Positions 53,537 to 61,867 of a stretch of 64,000 nucleotides of DNA are shown here, in pieces. Positions within the stretch are counted from its first letter, which is position 1. Each line of letters starts with the position of its first letter. The notes beneath the pieces were generated by a model that saw only the letters and a program-made list of their open reading frames with translations, had not been told where the DNA came from and ran no database searches. The position numbers and the translations under genes were made by a program. The DNA lies in contig JAJEDB010000043.1 of assembly GCA_022821725.1 (NCBI GenBank), positions 143,900 through 207,899 on the forward strand, written 5' to 3'. This stretch comes from Candidatus Poribacteria bacterium (lineage in GTDB: Bacteria; Poribacteria; WGA-4E; WGA-3G).

Positions 53537-54204
53537 GTACTAAAATTGTAGGCATTATCACTGCGATCCTCATCTTTATCTCGCTCTATCTCGTCTTCGG
53601 ATACGCCCGCATTGAAGGCACAATGCTCGAAGTTCAAAAAATCTTCTATTATCACGTCTCTGCCGCACTCACCGTTTTTGTCGCTTTCGGTGTTAACTGC
53701 GTATTCAGTATCAAATACCTCATCCAACGAAAATCCACCGACGATCTTCTTGCAGTCGCCGCGGCGGAATTGGGGATTGTTTTTTGCACGATTGCGTTGC
53801 TGTCGGGTCCGATCTGGGCGCGATACGCCTGGAATACATGGTGGAATTGGGAAGCACGTCTCACGAGTACACTCGTCCTTTGGCTTATGTACGTGGGTTA
53901 TTTTATTCTCCGCTCCGCGCTGGAAGGCGACAAACGCAGGCTTTATTCCGCCGTCCTCGGTATTATCGCCTACCTTGACGTCCCCATCGTCTATTATGCC
54001 GTAGACATCTGGCACGGAGGGTTGCATCCCGACCGTGGTACCAAATGGAATCTCGAAGCAACGATGCGGCAGACATGGATGGTGGCACTGCTTGCCTTCA
54101 CTATGCTGTTTGTTCTCTTGCTCATCGTGCGGTATCGGATGAAGAAGGCGGAAGCGCGTTACGAAATCGTTCGGCAGAAATACTTAGGGGAGGCATCTCA
54201 ATGA
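53524..54204 (+). CDS. ccmC: Heme exporter protein C (cytochrome c maturation)
   Basis: 226 aa, 6 TM, Trp-rich motif WNTWWNWEARL. GTG start. Confidence 0.85.
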   Translation: MGRLSTKIVGIITAILIFISLYLVFGYARIEGTMLEVQKIFYYHVSAALTVFVAFGVNCVFSIKYLIQRKSTDDLLAVAAAELGIVFCTIALLSGPIWARYAWNTWWNWEARLTSTLVLWLMYVGYFILRSALEGDKRRLYSAVLGIIAYLDVPIVYYAVDIWHGGLHPDRGTKWNLEATMRQTWMVALLAFTMLFVLLLIVRYRMKKAEARYEIVRQKYLGEASQ

Positions 54205-54548
54205 AAATAGCGGTTCTTGTGAGTTTTTTGGTGGTTTTAGGTGTATTCATCTTTGCGACCCAAGTCCCTGTCACCTTGACAGCAGACGAAGTCGCGAAGG
54301 CTATTGAAGAAGCAAGTTCGGAATCCGAAGGTCCTGTAGATGAAGATATCTTAGCACAAGCCATGCAACTGTCCGTTGTGAAACTCGAAAAGGCACAAAG
54401 CACACGCCTGAAGTATCTTGCCGCCGCCTATTTGGTTATCTGGTTAGTCTTTGTTCTATATATCCTAAACTTGGATCGGAAACAGCAGGAACTCGACAAA
54501 CGCCTCGCACAATTGGAACACGACTCCGATGAAGACCTTCCTTTTTAA
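54201..54548 (+). CDS. CcmD-like small membrane protein with N-terminal extension
   Basis: ATGA overlap with ccmC, GGGGAGG SD. C-terminal LKYLAAAYLVIWLVFVLYILNLDRKQQELDKRLAQLE resembles CcmD. Confidence 0.55.
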   Translation: MKIAVLVSFLVVLGVFIFATQVPVTLTADEVAKAIEEASSESEGPVDEDILAQAMQLSVVKLEKAQSTRLKYLAAAYLVIWLVFVLYILNLDRKQQELDKRLAQLEHDSDEDLPF

Positions 54549-54978
54549 ATCACAACAAACAATTAAGAAGCCACTGACAGAAGTCTTCGATTTTTTCTCT
54601 GACGCACATAACCTCGCTGTGATTACGCCGCCGTGGCTCCGTTTTGAAGTCCTAACCCCCGCGCCGATTGAAATGGTCGTCGGAACGCGTATCGACTATC
54701 GGCTGAAATTACGAGGCATTCCGATTCGTTGGCAGAGCGAGATTACCGAGTGGAACCCTCCATACACCTTCGCGGATGCGCAACGTCGGGGTCCGTATCG
54801 GCTCTGGCAGCATACACATACCTTTGATGAAACGGAGGACGGTGTTGTTGTAGGGGATACGGTCAAATATGCGGTCTGGGGAGATGGACTCGTTAATAAA
54901 TTTTTCGTGCGTCCGGATATAGAAAAAATCTTTGCTTACCGCACCGAGCAGTTAGATGAAATGTTCCATCGGACTTAG
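54529..54978 (+). CDS. SRPBCC (START/cyclase-dehydrase-like) family protein
   Basis: 149 aa. FDFFSDAHNLAVITPPWL..RGPYRLWQHTHTF. Confidence 0.8.
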   Translation: MKTFLFKSQQTIKKPLTEVFDFFSDAHNLAVITPPWLRFEVLTPAPIEMVVGTRIDYRLKLRGIPIRWQSEITEWNPPYTFADAQRRGPYRLWQHTHTFDETEDGVVVGDTVKYAVWGDGLVNKFFVRPDIEKIFAYRTEQLDEMFHRT

Positions 54979-54981
54979 TCT

Positions 54982-55653
54982 TCAGCGGAAAAACAGCAAC
55001 CCCTCATAGAAACGGATGCGTGCGTAGTAGTGCATCACGCGTTCTACATGTCCCAGCGTCTGGTTGGCACCTTCAAAATAGCCGTGGGGCGGTTTGCCAC
55101 CTTCCCAAACCCCGTCATGCATGGCGGTGTGTTGTTTCGTCAGCTGACTGAGTGTAACACTCACGGGTTCCCAGAGAAGAGGATCTCCCGTCTCATGGTA
55201 GCGGACGAGTGCTTGGGCATCGCGGACCCGTCCGAGCCCTCCGTTATAACTCGCTAATACCAACCGATGCTGATGTTCGTGCGGGCTTTCTCGGAAAGCG
55301 TTGTATAACGTCCGTAGGTGGCGCGTTGCCCCGGCAATGTTCTCATTCGCATCAAACGGGTCTTGGACACCAAGTTCCTTCGCCGTGGTCGGCATCAATT
55401 GCGTCAACCCCAGTGCACCCGCCGTGCTTTTTGCCTTTTCGTTAAACCCAGATTCCTGCACAATCAAGGCGCACACCAATCGAGCGTCCAACGCTTCTTG
55501 CGCCGCGTGTTCCTGAATTACACCCCTATACTTGAGAATTTTCGGGGTCAGCACAAGCAATCGCAGGTCCAACGGAACGCTAATGACCAAACCGAGGACG
55601 AGGATTAAAGCGAGTGTTGCAAAAATAAGAATGAATGTCCGTTTACGCAGCAT
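54982..55653 (-). CDS. Lytic transglycosylase (SLT domain)
   Basis: Catalytic QESGFN, GLTQLMPTTA, SYNGG. N-terminal TM anchor. Confidence 0.85.
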   Translation of the reverse strand: MLRKRTFILIFATLALILVLGLVISVPLDLRLLVLTPKILKYRGVIQEHAAQEALDARLVCALIVQESGFNEKAKSTAGALGLTQLMPTTAKELGVQDPFDANENIAGATRHLRTLYNAFRESPHEHQHRLVLASYNGGLGRVRDAQALVRYHETGDPLLWEPVSVTLSQLTKQHTAMHDGVWEGGKPPHGYFEGANQTLGHVERVMHYYARIRFYEGLLFFR

Positions 55654-55659
55654 TTCTAT

Positions 55660-57261
55660 TTACCAAAGATATCCCATCTGAATCGCGAGTCGGTGTGCTT
55701 GACTGGTCGCCCCTTTACGATGTTCGGCATTCTGCGTGTAGTGCCATACGTATAAGAACGAGGCATTCCAGCCATTCAGGGGACGGTAGGAGAACCGCCC
55801 ACCGATTTCCGTTGTCCGTGCAACAACACCCGTCGGAAAGGGAAGTGTCCTGAAGTCTTCCCCATAAAATCGATCTGCGATTGTGCCTTCCCCCTGTCGG
55901 GTGAACACAGCGCGAATCTCTGCATCTGCGGAGACGGTCAATTGATAGGTGGCTGAGAATCGGACCGTATCCGAATCCGTGCCAATTGGATGTCCGATTA
56001 CGTAGCCGAAGTGTGTGAACTGATTATCAGGCACCAGATGCGTATAAGCCCATCGATTGACGCGTGCGTATTCACTGTGGATTCCGAGATGCCGCCCCAG
56101 ATATTGCGGATACCATGTCGCTCCCAAGAGCCATGCCACTGCATGTGGATCGTTCGCACCGGGAACGTATTGGATGTCGTCGATGACCCATTCACCATAC
56201 AAGCGCACGCCATCAATCGGTCGGATCGCAGCATCAAAGGCGAACATAACGTTATCGTCGGCTTTGGCGTTGTATTGTAGTGCGTAATAGAAAGTAATTG
56301 GATTTGCGTATTTCCATTCAAGCGTCTGGGCATCGCCCCCGTAAAGCACCCATTCCGCGACCCCGATTTCCACGCGATCGTGGAATTGGTAATCGAGTCG
56401 GTGTCCGCTGATATAACGTTTCGCGAGATAGCGTTTTTCACCGTCATCATACCACGTTGAATCGAGTTGTGCCGTAAACGCTGTGGCTTTGAGTCGTTTT
56501 CCGAGTCTACCGGTAAGTCGGACCTGGTCAAACGGTGGCGAGTTATCGGAGATCCCAACGGTTTTGTATGGACTCGCCCCCCAGAAGAGCCAATCTCTGC
56601 CGACAAGCAGATCAAGGTGCGCGCTGTTGACCTGCAAATAACCTCTCTTAAAGTCGCCGGTGTAGTCGGCACGCCAACGTTCAAGCCGTTGCTCCGCCGT
56701 CTTCCCGTCCAAGGGGGGACTCTCAAAGTTATGTCCCTCAAATTCAGAGTAGAGGGTCAGGCGCGGTGCTTCTCGTTTTTCCAGTTGCCCAAGTGCATAG
56801 TGAAAACCCCATTCAAACGCCGGAGCCGCTTTTTCTTCAGTCATCCGAAGTTGTGGCAGGAATCGCATTCGTCGCCCATCTCGGATCGCGAGTTCCTTCG
56901 CGAACTCCCGTTTTAATTTTTCTAAGAGTTTCCTATCTATCGCTGACGGAACGACAACGCCTCCGCGAATGCGCGATTCAGCCTGCCGTATCGCCCCTGC
57001 CACGTCTGTTCTTGAAAGCGGTGCCGTGTGTCGATGGAACCCACCGGTGATACCATCGGTTTCCAACTTCGCGAGTGCCTCAGCGACCCAACCCTCCAAA
57101 TTCAACGGAACATTGGGTGCCCCGAACGCCGTGCTCAGCATAACCATGAACGCCAAGAGAAAGATTGGAAGGGGGGAACGGTGGAAAATTGGGAACCCCC
57201 TTCTTCCATCCTTCCATCCCTCCATCCCTCCCTTTCTGTTTTGTGAAGTCAGCTGCATCAC
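55660..57261 (-). CDS. Wzi-like (capsule assembly) outer-membrane protein
   Basis: [32 protein letters not shown] resembles the Wzi family core. C-terminal ..QMGYLW. The start lies among ATGs inside an 8-mer repeat (uncertain). Confidence 0.6.
   Translation of the reverse strand: MMQLTSQNRKGGMEGWKDGRRGFPIFHRSPLPIFLLAFMVMLSTAFGAPNVPLNLEGWVAEALAKLETDGITGGFHRHTAPLSRTDVAGAIRQAESRIRGGVVVPSAIDRKLLEKLKREFAKELAIRDGRRMRFLPQLRMTEEKAAPAFEWGFHYALGQLEKREAPRLTLYSEFEGHNFESPPLDGKTAEQRLERWRADYTGDFKRGYLQVNSAHLDLLVGRDWLFWGASPYKTVGISDNSPPFDQVRLTGRLGKRLKATAFTAQLDSTWYDDGEKRYLAKRYISGHRLDYQFHDRVEIGVAEWVLYGGDAQTLEWKYANPITFYYALQYNAKADDNVMFAFDAAIRPIDGVRLYGEWVIDDIQYVPGANDPHAVAWLLGATWYPQYLGRHLGIHSEYARVNRWAYTHLVPDNQFTHFGYVIGHPIGTDSDTVRFSATYQLTVSADAEIRAVFTRQGEGTIADRFYGEDFRTLPFPTGVVARTTEIGGRFSYRPLNGWNASFLYVWHYTQNAEHRKGATSQAHRLAIQMGYLW
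57204..57227. repeat. Tandem 8-mer microsatellite (minus strand GGATGGAG GGATGGAA GGATGGAA)
   Basis: Three contiguous units counted directly. Each contains an ATG. Confidence 0.85.
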
Positions 57262-59372
57262 ACCTCCGTCTCCAATTTCTTAACATAGGCATCGATACAT
57301 CGGAATTGCCACGTCCATTGAACGTTATAGAGGAACTGCCGTAGATCGAAACGATTGTCGTCTGGCGAATAGGATTCAGCGTGATAGGAAGGCGTTAGCG
57401 TCGTCATTTTGTGTCGATTGATGGCGTAGTATCTGAAGAACCGTTTGACCTTCTCGGCAACCTCGTATGCGGACAGATGGTCCCACTCCTGGATCAATTT
57501 TTCAAACATACTGACAGGACCGCACTGTTCCATTTTTCGGAGTTGTCCGAAACGACTTAATTCGGCGTAAGTCATCCCCATATCGTCTTCATCGGTTTGC
57601 GTATAGGTTTCGGTTATCGGTTCCAGTTCGGCTGTCGGTGGCGCCTCAACGATTTCCGAGAGAGCCGTATAACCGAGATTATGTATAGCCCAATTCAGGA
57701 ATCGACGTAAGTCGTGTTTGCTAATCCCACCGATCGGGTTGATGTCGCCGCTGCTGCAATCGTATTTTGTGAGATACCCGCGTAATGCTTCGTCAACATT
57801 CCCCGTGCCCAACACAAGAAGCGTGCCGTCTCGATTCCGCACCCAGGGCATCATCTGCGCGAGCAGATAACTCAGCACCATCCGCAATCGTGCCTGTATG
57901 TTCTGGAGTGCCTGATTTTCTCTGTAACTGCCACCTTCAACCTTAAATCGCGGGGTCTTCTGCGTCATACGGGTAAAGAGCGTCTGCAACGCAGTGACGA
58001 GTCCATCCATATTGATGTTGAGGTGATCGGCACCGATCTGCTCCGCAAGCTGCTTGGCGCGTTTTTGGGTATCGCGAGAGCTATTCTCCGTCCCGATGTA
58101 GCATGTATACAGTAAACGATTGGCGAGGACACGCGGATCCGTGAAAACGTCGGGAGTTTCACCAGCGTCGAGCCACCGTTCTACATCGCGAATCACCGTG
58201 GCATCCTTGTCGCGTATGGCTTTCGACACCAACTGACACATTGAACCGACAAGCGTAGCAACGGCACCACTGTCAGCACCGCCAGAGAGTGGAATGAAAT
58301 ACCCGCCCGCACCCGATCTGCGTAGATAATCCCAGAGCCAGCAAGCCGGACCCAAAGCGATCTCCTCCTCGGGTTCATGCGTCTGCGGCTCAATTGGCAG
58401 AGAAGATTGGAAGATTGAAAGATTGGAAGATTGTCCACCCTTTCCCCGTTCCATTCCCACATCAAAATCAATATCTATCTGCGGTAACGGCTCCATTTTG
58501 CTCGCCTGGACAGCCCGACTCGCCTTCGCGCCACGATACGCCCGCACGTCGTGAAGACTCACCGTCGCAGTGACGACCTCCACATCTTTGAGGGAGAATT
58601 GGGAACCTTGCGCTAAAATCTCGCCGTTTTGGGCAATCAGGGCACACCCGTCGAAATAGAGTCTACCGCCGTCGCATCCCTGTTGGTTGGCATAGAGATA
58701 GACCCCGCCGTTTTTGGCACTTGCGTTCCTGATGAGTGCGATGCGGGTGTCCAATTTCCGTAATTCGTGGTGAGACCCTGATCCGTTCGCTATGATTTCA
58801 ACCCCCGCATTACCGAGATGTATGTGTGGACTCATGGGCACAAAGAGTTCCTCACAAGTCTCCGATGCCAAGCGTGTGTCCCCAGTGGCAATCGCCGCGA
58901 TGCCGATAGGCACTGTCCGCTGCCCCGTCAGTTCGGCGATCTCGCGCGGAAGTGTATACGGTTCGGTATTCCAACCGCGTTCCCATGCTGTAAACCAACG
59001 ATGTTCTCGATAATTACCGTCGCTCGCCAGGACCATCTTGGGACGAATCAGCAGGAGTTTGCCATCCAATACGAAAACCCGACAGTTATATCGGACGTTC
59101 TTATGCATGACAGGCATCCCAATGTCACACAGAATACCATCCGTCCGCCCGTTTTTGAGGATGCATGCCAGCGACTCCCAACTGTGCAGGAGGGTATCCA
59201 ATTCCAGAAAATGGTCTTCACAGGAGTACCCCGTAATCTCCAGTTCCGGTCCCAACCGATACCGAGCCCCGCGTTCCTTCGCAATCTCTATGGATTCAAT
59301 AATACGCTCGGTATTCCCTTCAAAATCGAGACTCCATTGATTCAGGTTGCACGTTGCGAGGACTGCTTTCAT
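57258..59372 (-). CDS. nadE: Glutamine-dependent NAD+ synthetase (long, nitrilase-fused type)
   Basis: 704 aa from ATG 59372, 12 nt after the upstream stop. N-terminal CN-hydrolase domain, C-terminal PLSGGADS P-loop. Confidence 0.9.
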   Translation of the reverse strand: MKAVLATCNLNQWSLDFEGNTERIIESIEIAKERGARYRLGPELEITGYSCEDHFLELDTLLHSWESLACILKNGRTDGILCDIGMPVMHKNVRYNCRVFVLDGKLLLIRPKMVLASDGNYREHRWFTAWERGWNTEPYTLPREIAELTGQRTVPIGIAAIATGDTRLASETCEELFVPMSPHIHLGNAGVEIIANGSGSHHELRKLDTRIALIRNASAKNGGVYLYANQQGCDGGRLYFDGCALIAQNGEILAQGSQFSLKDVEVVTATVSLHDVRAYRGAKASRAVQASKMEPLPQIDIDFDVGMERGKGGQSSNLSIFQSSLPIEPQTHEPEEEIALGPACWLWDYLRRSGAGGYFIPLSGGADSGAVATLVGSMCQLVSKAIRDKDATVIRDVERWLDAGETPDVFTDPRVLANRLLYTCYIGTENSSRDTQKRAKQLAEQIGADHLNINMDGLVTALQTLFTRMTQKTPRFKVEGGSYRENQALQNIQARLRMVLSYLLAQMMPWVRNRDGTLLVLGTGNVDEALRGYLTKYDCSSGDINPIGGISKHDLRRFLNWAIHNLGYTALSEIVEAPPTAELEPITETYTQTDEDDMGMTYAELSRFGQLRKMEQCGPVSMFEKLIQEWDHLSAYEVAEKVKRFFRYYAINRHKMTTLTPSYHAESYSPDDNRFDLRQFLYNVQWTWQFRCIDAYVKKLETEV
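58405..58433. repeat. Tandem 8-mer microsatellite inside nadE (GATTGGAA GATTGAAA GATTGGAA GATTG)
   Basis: 3.6 units counted directly. Encodes [13 protein letters not shown] in the inter-domain linker. Confidence 0.85.
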
Positions 59373-59383
59373 CGAAAATACCC

Positions 59384-60388
59384 CTAATCTCGGACTTTCA
59401 CGCGTCCCCAGACCGTTGTCAACAGATGGGGTTGGGGTGAGACCGGCAGGGCAAACGCTGGATCGAACCAATCCGCACCATAATTCTCGCCTCTGTCCGT
59501 GAGTTGTTCGGCTCTCCCCCCGGCTAAGGCAACTTTGAAGAGTTGCCTTCCCTTACCGAGAGTCTCCTTGTGATAGATGAGCGTATTGCCCTGGGGTGCC
59601 AAAGCCGGAAACGATCCCGTCCCCTCCACCTTAACCTTACTCGGCTTCCCGTTCCCCTTGCGATTTACAATATAGAGTCTCCTTGCATGCCCCTGCCCAA
59701 GATCCGCTACGCTTATACCAGAAAAGACGAATTTGGTGCCATCAGGTGTCCATGTAGGGTGAAACATCAAAGGAAATCCGTCTGGCGAGATTCGATCTTC
59801 TGCCCCGGTTCGCACGTTAGCAATCTCAATTCTGGGTTTGGCGATCTGTATGCCGCCAAATCTGCCATTGATCGGTATAAGCACCTCGGCAGAGATGAAA
59901 GCGATTTCAGAACCATCCGGTGCCCAAGTAGGATGCATACCGACTGCTATCCTTTTTTCAGCACCGCCGTCAATTGCGGCTGTGTAGATAGCTATCTCAC
60001 CGCCATCGACCCGATAGTAGGCGATCTGTTCGCCGTCGGGTGACCAGGTCGGATGCCGCCGCTCCTCTTTTTTCTTAAAAACGCGCCGAACCCCCTCACC
60101 CCTCGAATCCATCACGTAGAGATCCGAAACCTTCCCGGCGCGTTCGGAGGTAAACAGAATCTGTTTGCCTGTCGGTGACCAGACTGGGGAGTAATCGTTC
60201 TCGCGATGCTGGGTTAAATTCGTTTGACCACTGCCATCAGAATTCATAATGTAAATTTCAGAATTGCCGTCCCGGTTCGATACAAACACAATTTTATCTG
60301 TGGCGGGCACCTGTGCCGAAACCGGTATAATAGGCTCAAAAACGAACAGACCGAGCCCACAAACAAGAACAAAACAGATAAATTTCAT
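59384..60388 (-). CDS. TolB-like beta-propeller (PD40 repeat) periplasmic protein
   Basis: Signal peptide. Repeated ..SPDG..IAF.S.R.G..(D/E)IY.. blades. AAGGAG 6 nt before ATG 60388. Confidence 0.8.
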   Translation of the reverse strand: MKFICFVLVCGLGLFVFEPIIPVSAQVPATDKIVFVSNRDGNSEIYIMNSDGSGQTNLTQHRENDYSPVWSPTGKQILFTSERAGKVSDLYVMDSRGEGVRRVFKKKEERRHPTWSPDGEQIAYYRVDGGEIAIYTAAIDGGAEKRIAVGMHPTWAPDGSEIAFISAEVLIPINGRFGGIQIAKPRIEIANVRTGAEDRISPDGFPLMFHPTWTPDGTKFVFSGISVADLGQGHARRLYIVNRKGNGKPSKVKVEGTGSFPALAPQGNTLIYHKETLGKGRQLFKVALAGGRAEQLTDRGENYGADWFDPAFALPVSPQPHLLTTVWGRVKVRD

Positions 60389-60428
60389 TGCCAACTCCTT
60401 ATGTTTTATCCTCACAGCGCGTTGAAAG

Positions 60429-61760
60429 TCAGGTCTTCTGTGGTTTCTTACGCGCCGCCGGAAATAGGATATTGTTCAGGATCAACCGATACCCCGGCGA
60501 ATGTTTGTGCAAATCAAGGTTCGTCGGTATTTTTCCCTCACCGACAAGATGACGGTAATCCTCCGGATCGTGTCCACCGAGGAATGTAAACGTCCCCTTC
60601 CCCAATTTGCCGTGGATGTATTTTGCGTAGTTGCTACCTTCTACCTGCCCTAAGATGGTCACAGAGCCGCGAATCTTGTCCATATTAAACGATGTCGTCT
60701 GTCCGAGATACCCCGGCACGATGCTCACATGATTCTGCGTGAGCATCGTCGGAATGGGGTCATGTTTCGCAGCGAACTCAAAGAGTTTGAAATCCTCGAC
60801 CCCGCTCTGTGCGTCCCGGTCAGGATTCGGGTTATCAATGTCTGAGAATTCGTATCGGAATGGGTTCGTGTAAAGGCTAAAATTTTCAAACGCTAAAGTG
60901 CGCTGAAAGTCGAGGTGGATATGGGCATCCGATTCAATCGGTGTCCCATCCAATTCAGGCGCAACAATATCGAGTGCCCCCCCGCGTGCCGCCAGCGCAA
61001 TGTCAAGGGTTTCTGGCGCAGAACACATGGCAAAAACAAACCCACCATTGACGATATAGTCAGCGATCATCTGTGCCGTCTGTCCTTTATGCCGCGCCAC
61101 CCGACCGAATCCTGCCTCTGTGGCGGCTTTTTCAAACATCAGCATCCGTTGCTGATACCAGACCTGCGTGGAAAATGCGGCGTGGAACTTACCGTGCTGC
61201 CCTGTAAAATCCTCGTGGTGGAGATGAAGCCAATCGTATCCCTCTGTTTCTAACACCCCGCTTTGGACCTCTTTGTCCCAGATTTCGTCGTAGGGAATTT
61301 GGGCGTAATCTAAGGCGATTTTGACTGCATCGTCCCAAGGATCTCGGTAGGGTGATGCCTCTGAGGGGGCATACACAGCGATTTTGGGGGCTTTTTCCAA
61401 GAGAATCTCGTCCATGTTGCTACCTTCGAGAACAGATTCCTTTATACTGAGGTAATCGGCGTGGTTTATCGGTTCAAAGCGCACCCCCATCAACGCCGCG
61501 CGTATCCGAACGTCTTGCGAGTCGGGGAGGACGAACGCACCCCCGCGATAGTTCAGCCACCAGTAGCATCGGTACTCTCGCGGGACCTCTAATGCCCAGT
61601 ATGTCAGCCCGTAAGCCTTGAGGTGGTTAGTCTGTGCACCGATCTCCATCGGTATCAGGAGCCATTCCGCACCCGCCACGTTTACGGTCATCAAACACAA
61701 TATTAATATGAAAACAGAGATTTTTAAAGAATTCAATTGCGTGCCCTTTCTAATTCGCAT
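60429..61760 (-). CDS. Secreted hypothetical protein
   Basis: 443 aa from ATG 61760 ([31 protein letters not shown] signal peptide). The longer 61844 start would translate the upstream tandem repeat. Confidence 0.6.
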   Translation of the reverse strand: MRIRKGTQLNSLKISVFILILCLMTVNVAGAEWLLIPMEIGAQTNHLKAYGLTYWALEVPREYRCYWWLNYRGGAFVLPDSQDVRIRAALMGVRFEPINHADYLSIKESVLEGSNMDEILLEKAPKIAVYAPSEASPYRDPWDDAVKIALDYAQIPYDEIWDKEVQSGVLETEGYDWLHLHHEDFTGQHGKFHAAFSTQVWYQQRMLMFEKAATEAGFGRVARHKGQTAQMIADYIVNGGFVFAMCSAPETLDIALAARGGALDIVAPELDGTPIESDAHIHLDFQRTLAFENFSLYTNPFRYEFSDIDNPNPDRDAQSGVEDFKLFEFAAKHDPIPTMLTQNHVSIVPGYLGQTTSFNMDKIRGSVTILGQVEGSNYAKYIHGKLGKGTFTFLGGHDPEDYRHLVGEGKIPTNLDLHKHSPGYRLILNNILFPAARKKPQKT

Positions 61761-61852
61761 CGGGGTTACAAACCCCTCCCACAGTGAAAAATTGAGTACC
61801 CTTTCTAATTCGAAAAGAGAATCGGGGTTACAAACCCCTCCCACAGTGAAAA
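61744..61852. repeat. Tandem duplication of a ~47-55-nt unit containing a GGGGTT-NNN-AACCCC hairpin
   Basis: CCCTTTCTAATTCG-(1 or 8 nt)-ATCGGGGTTACAAACCCCTCCCACAGTGAAAA occurs twice (61744-61790, 61798-61852). Confidence 0.85.
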
Positions 61853-61867
61853 GCGGTCAAGAAACGA

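Noticed and set aside
61761-61852. Two 30-nt repeats separated by a 32-nt spacer, which looked like a minimal CRISPR array.
   Set aside because: Only two copies. The spacer itself repeats the sequence left of copy 1 (CCCTTTCTAATTCG), so it is a tandem duplication of a longer unit. There are no cas genes, and copy 1 abuts a start codon.
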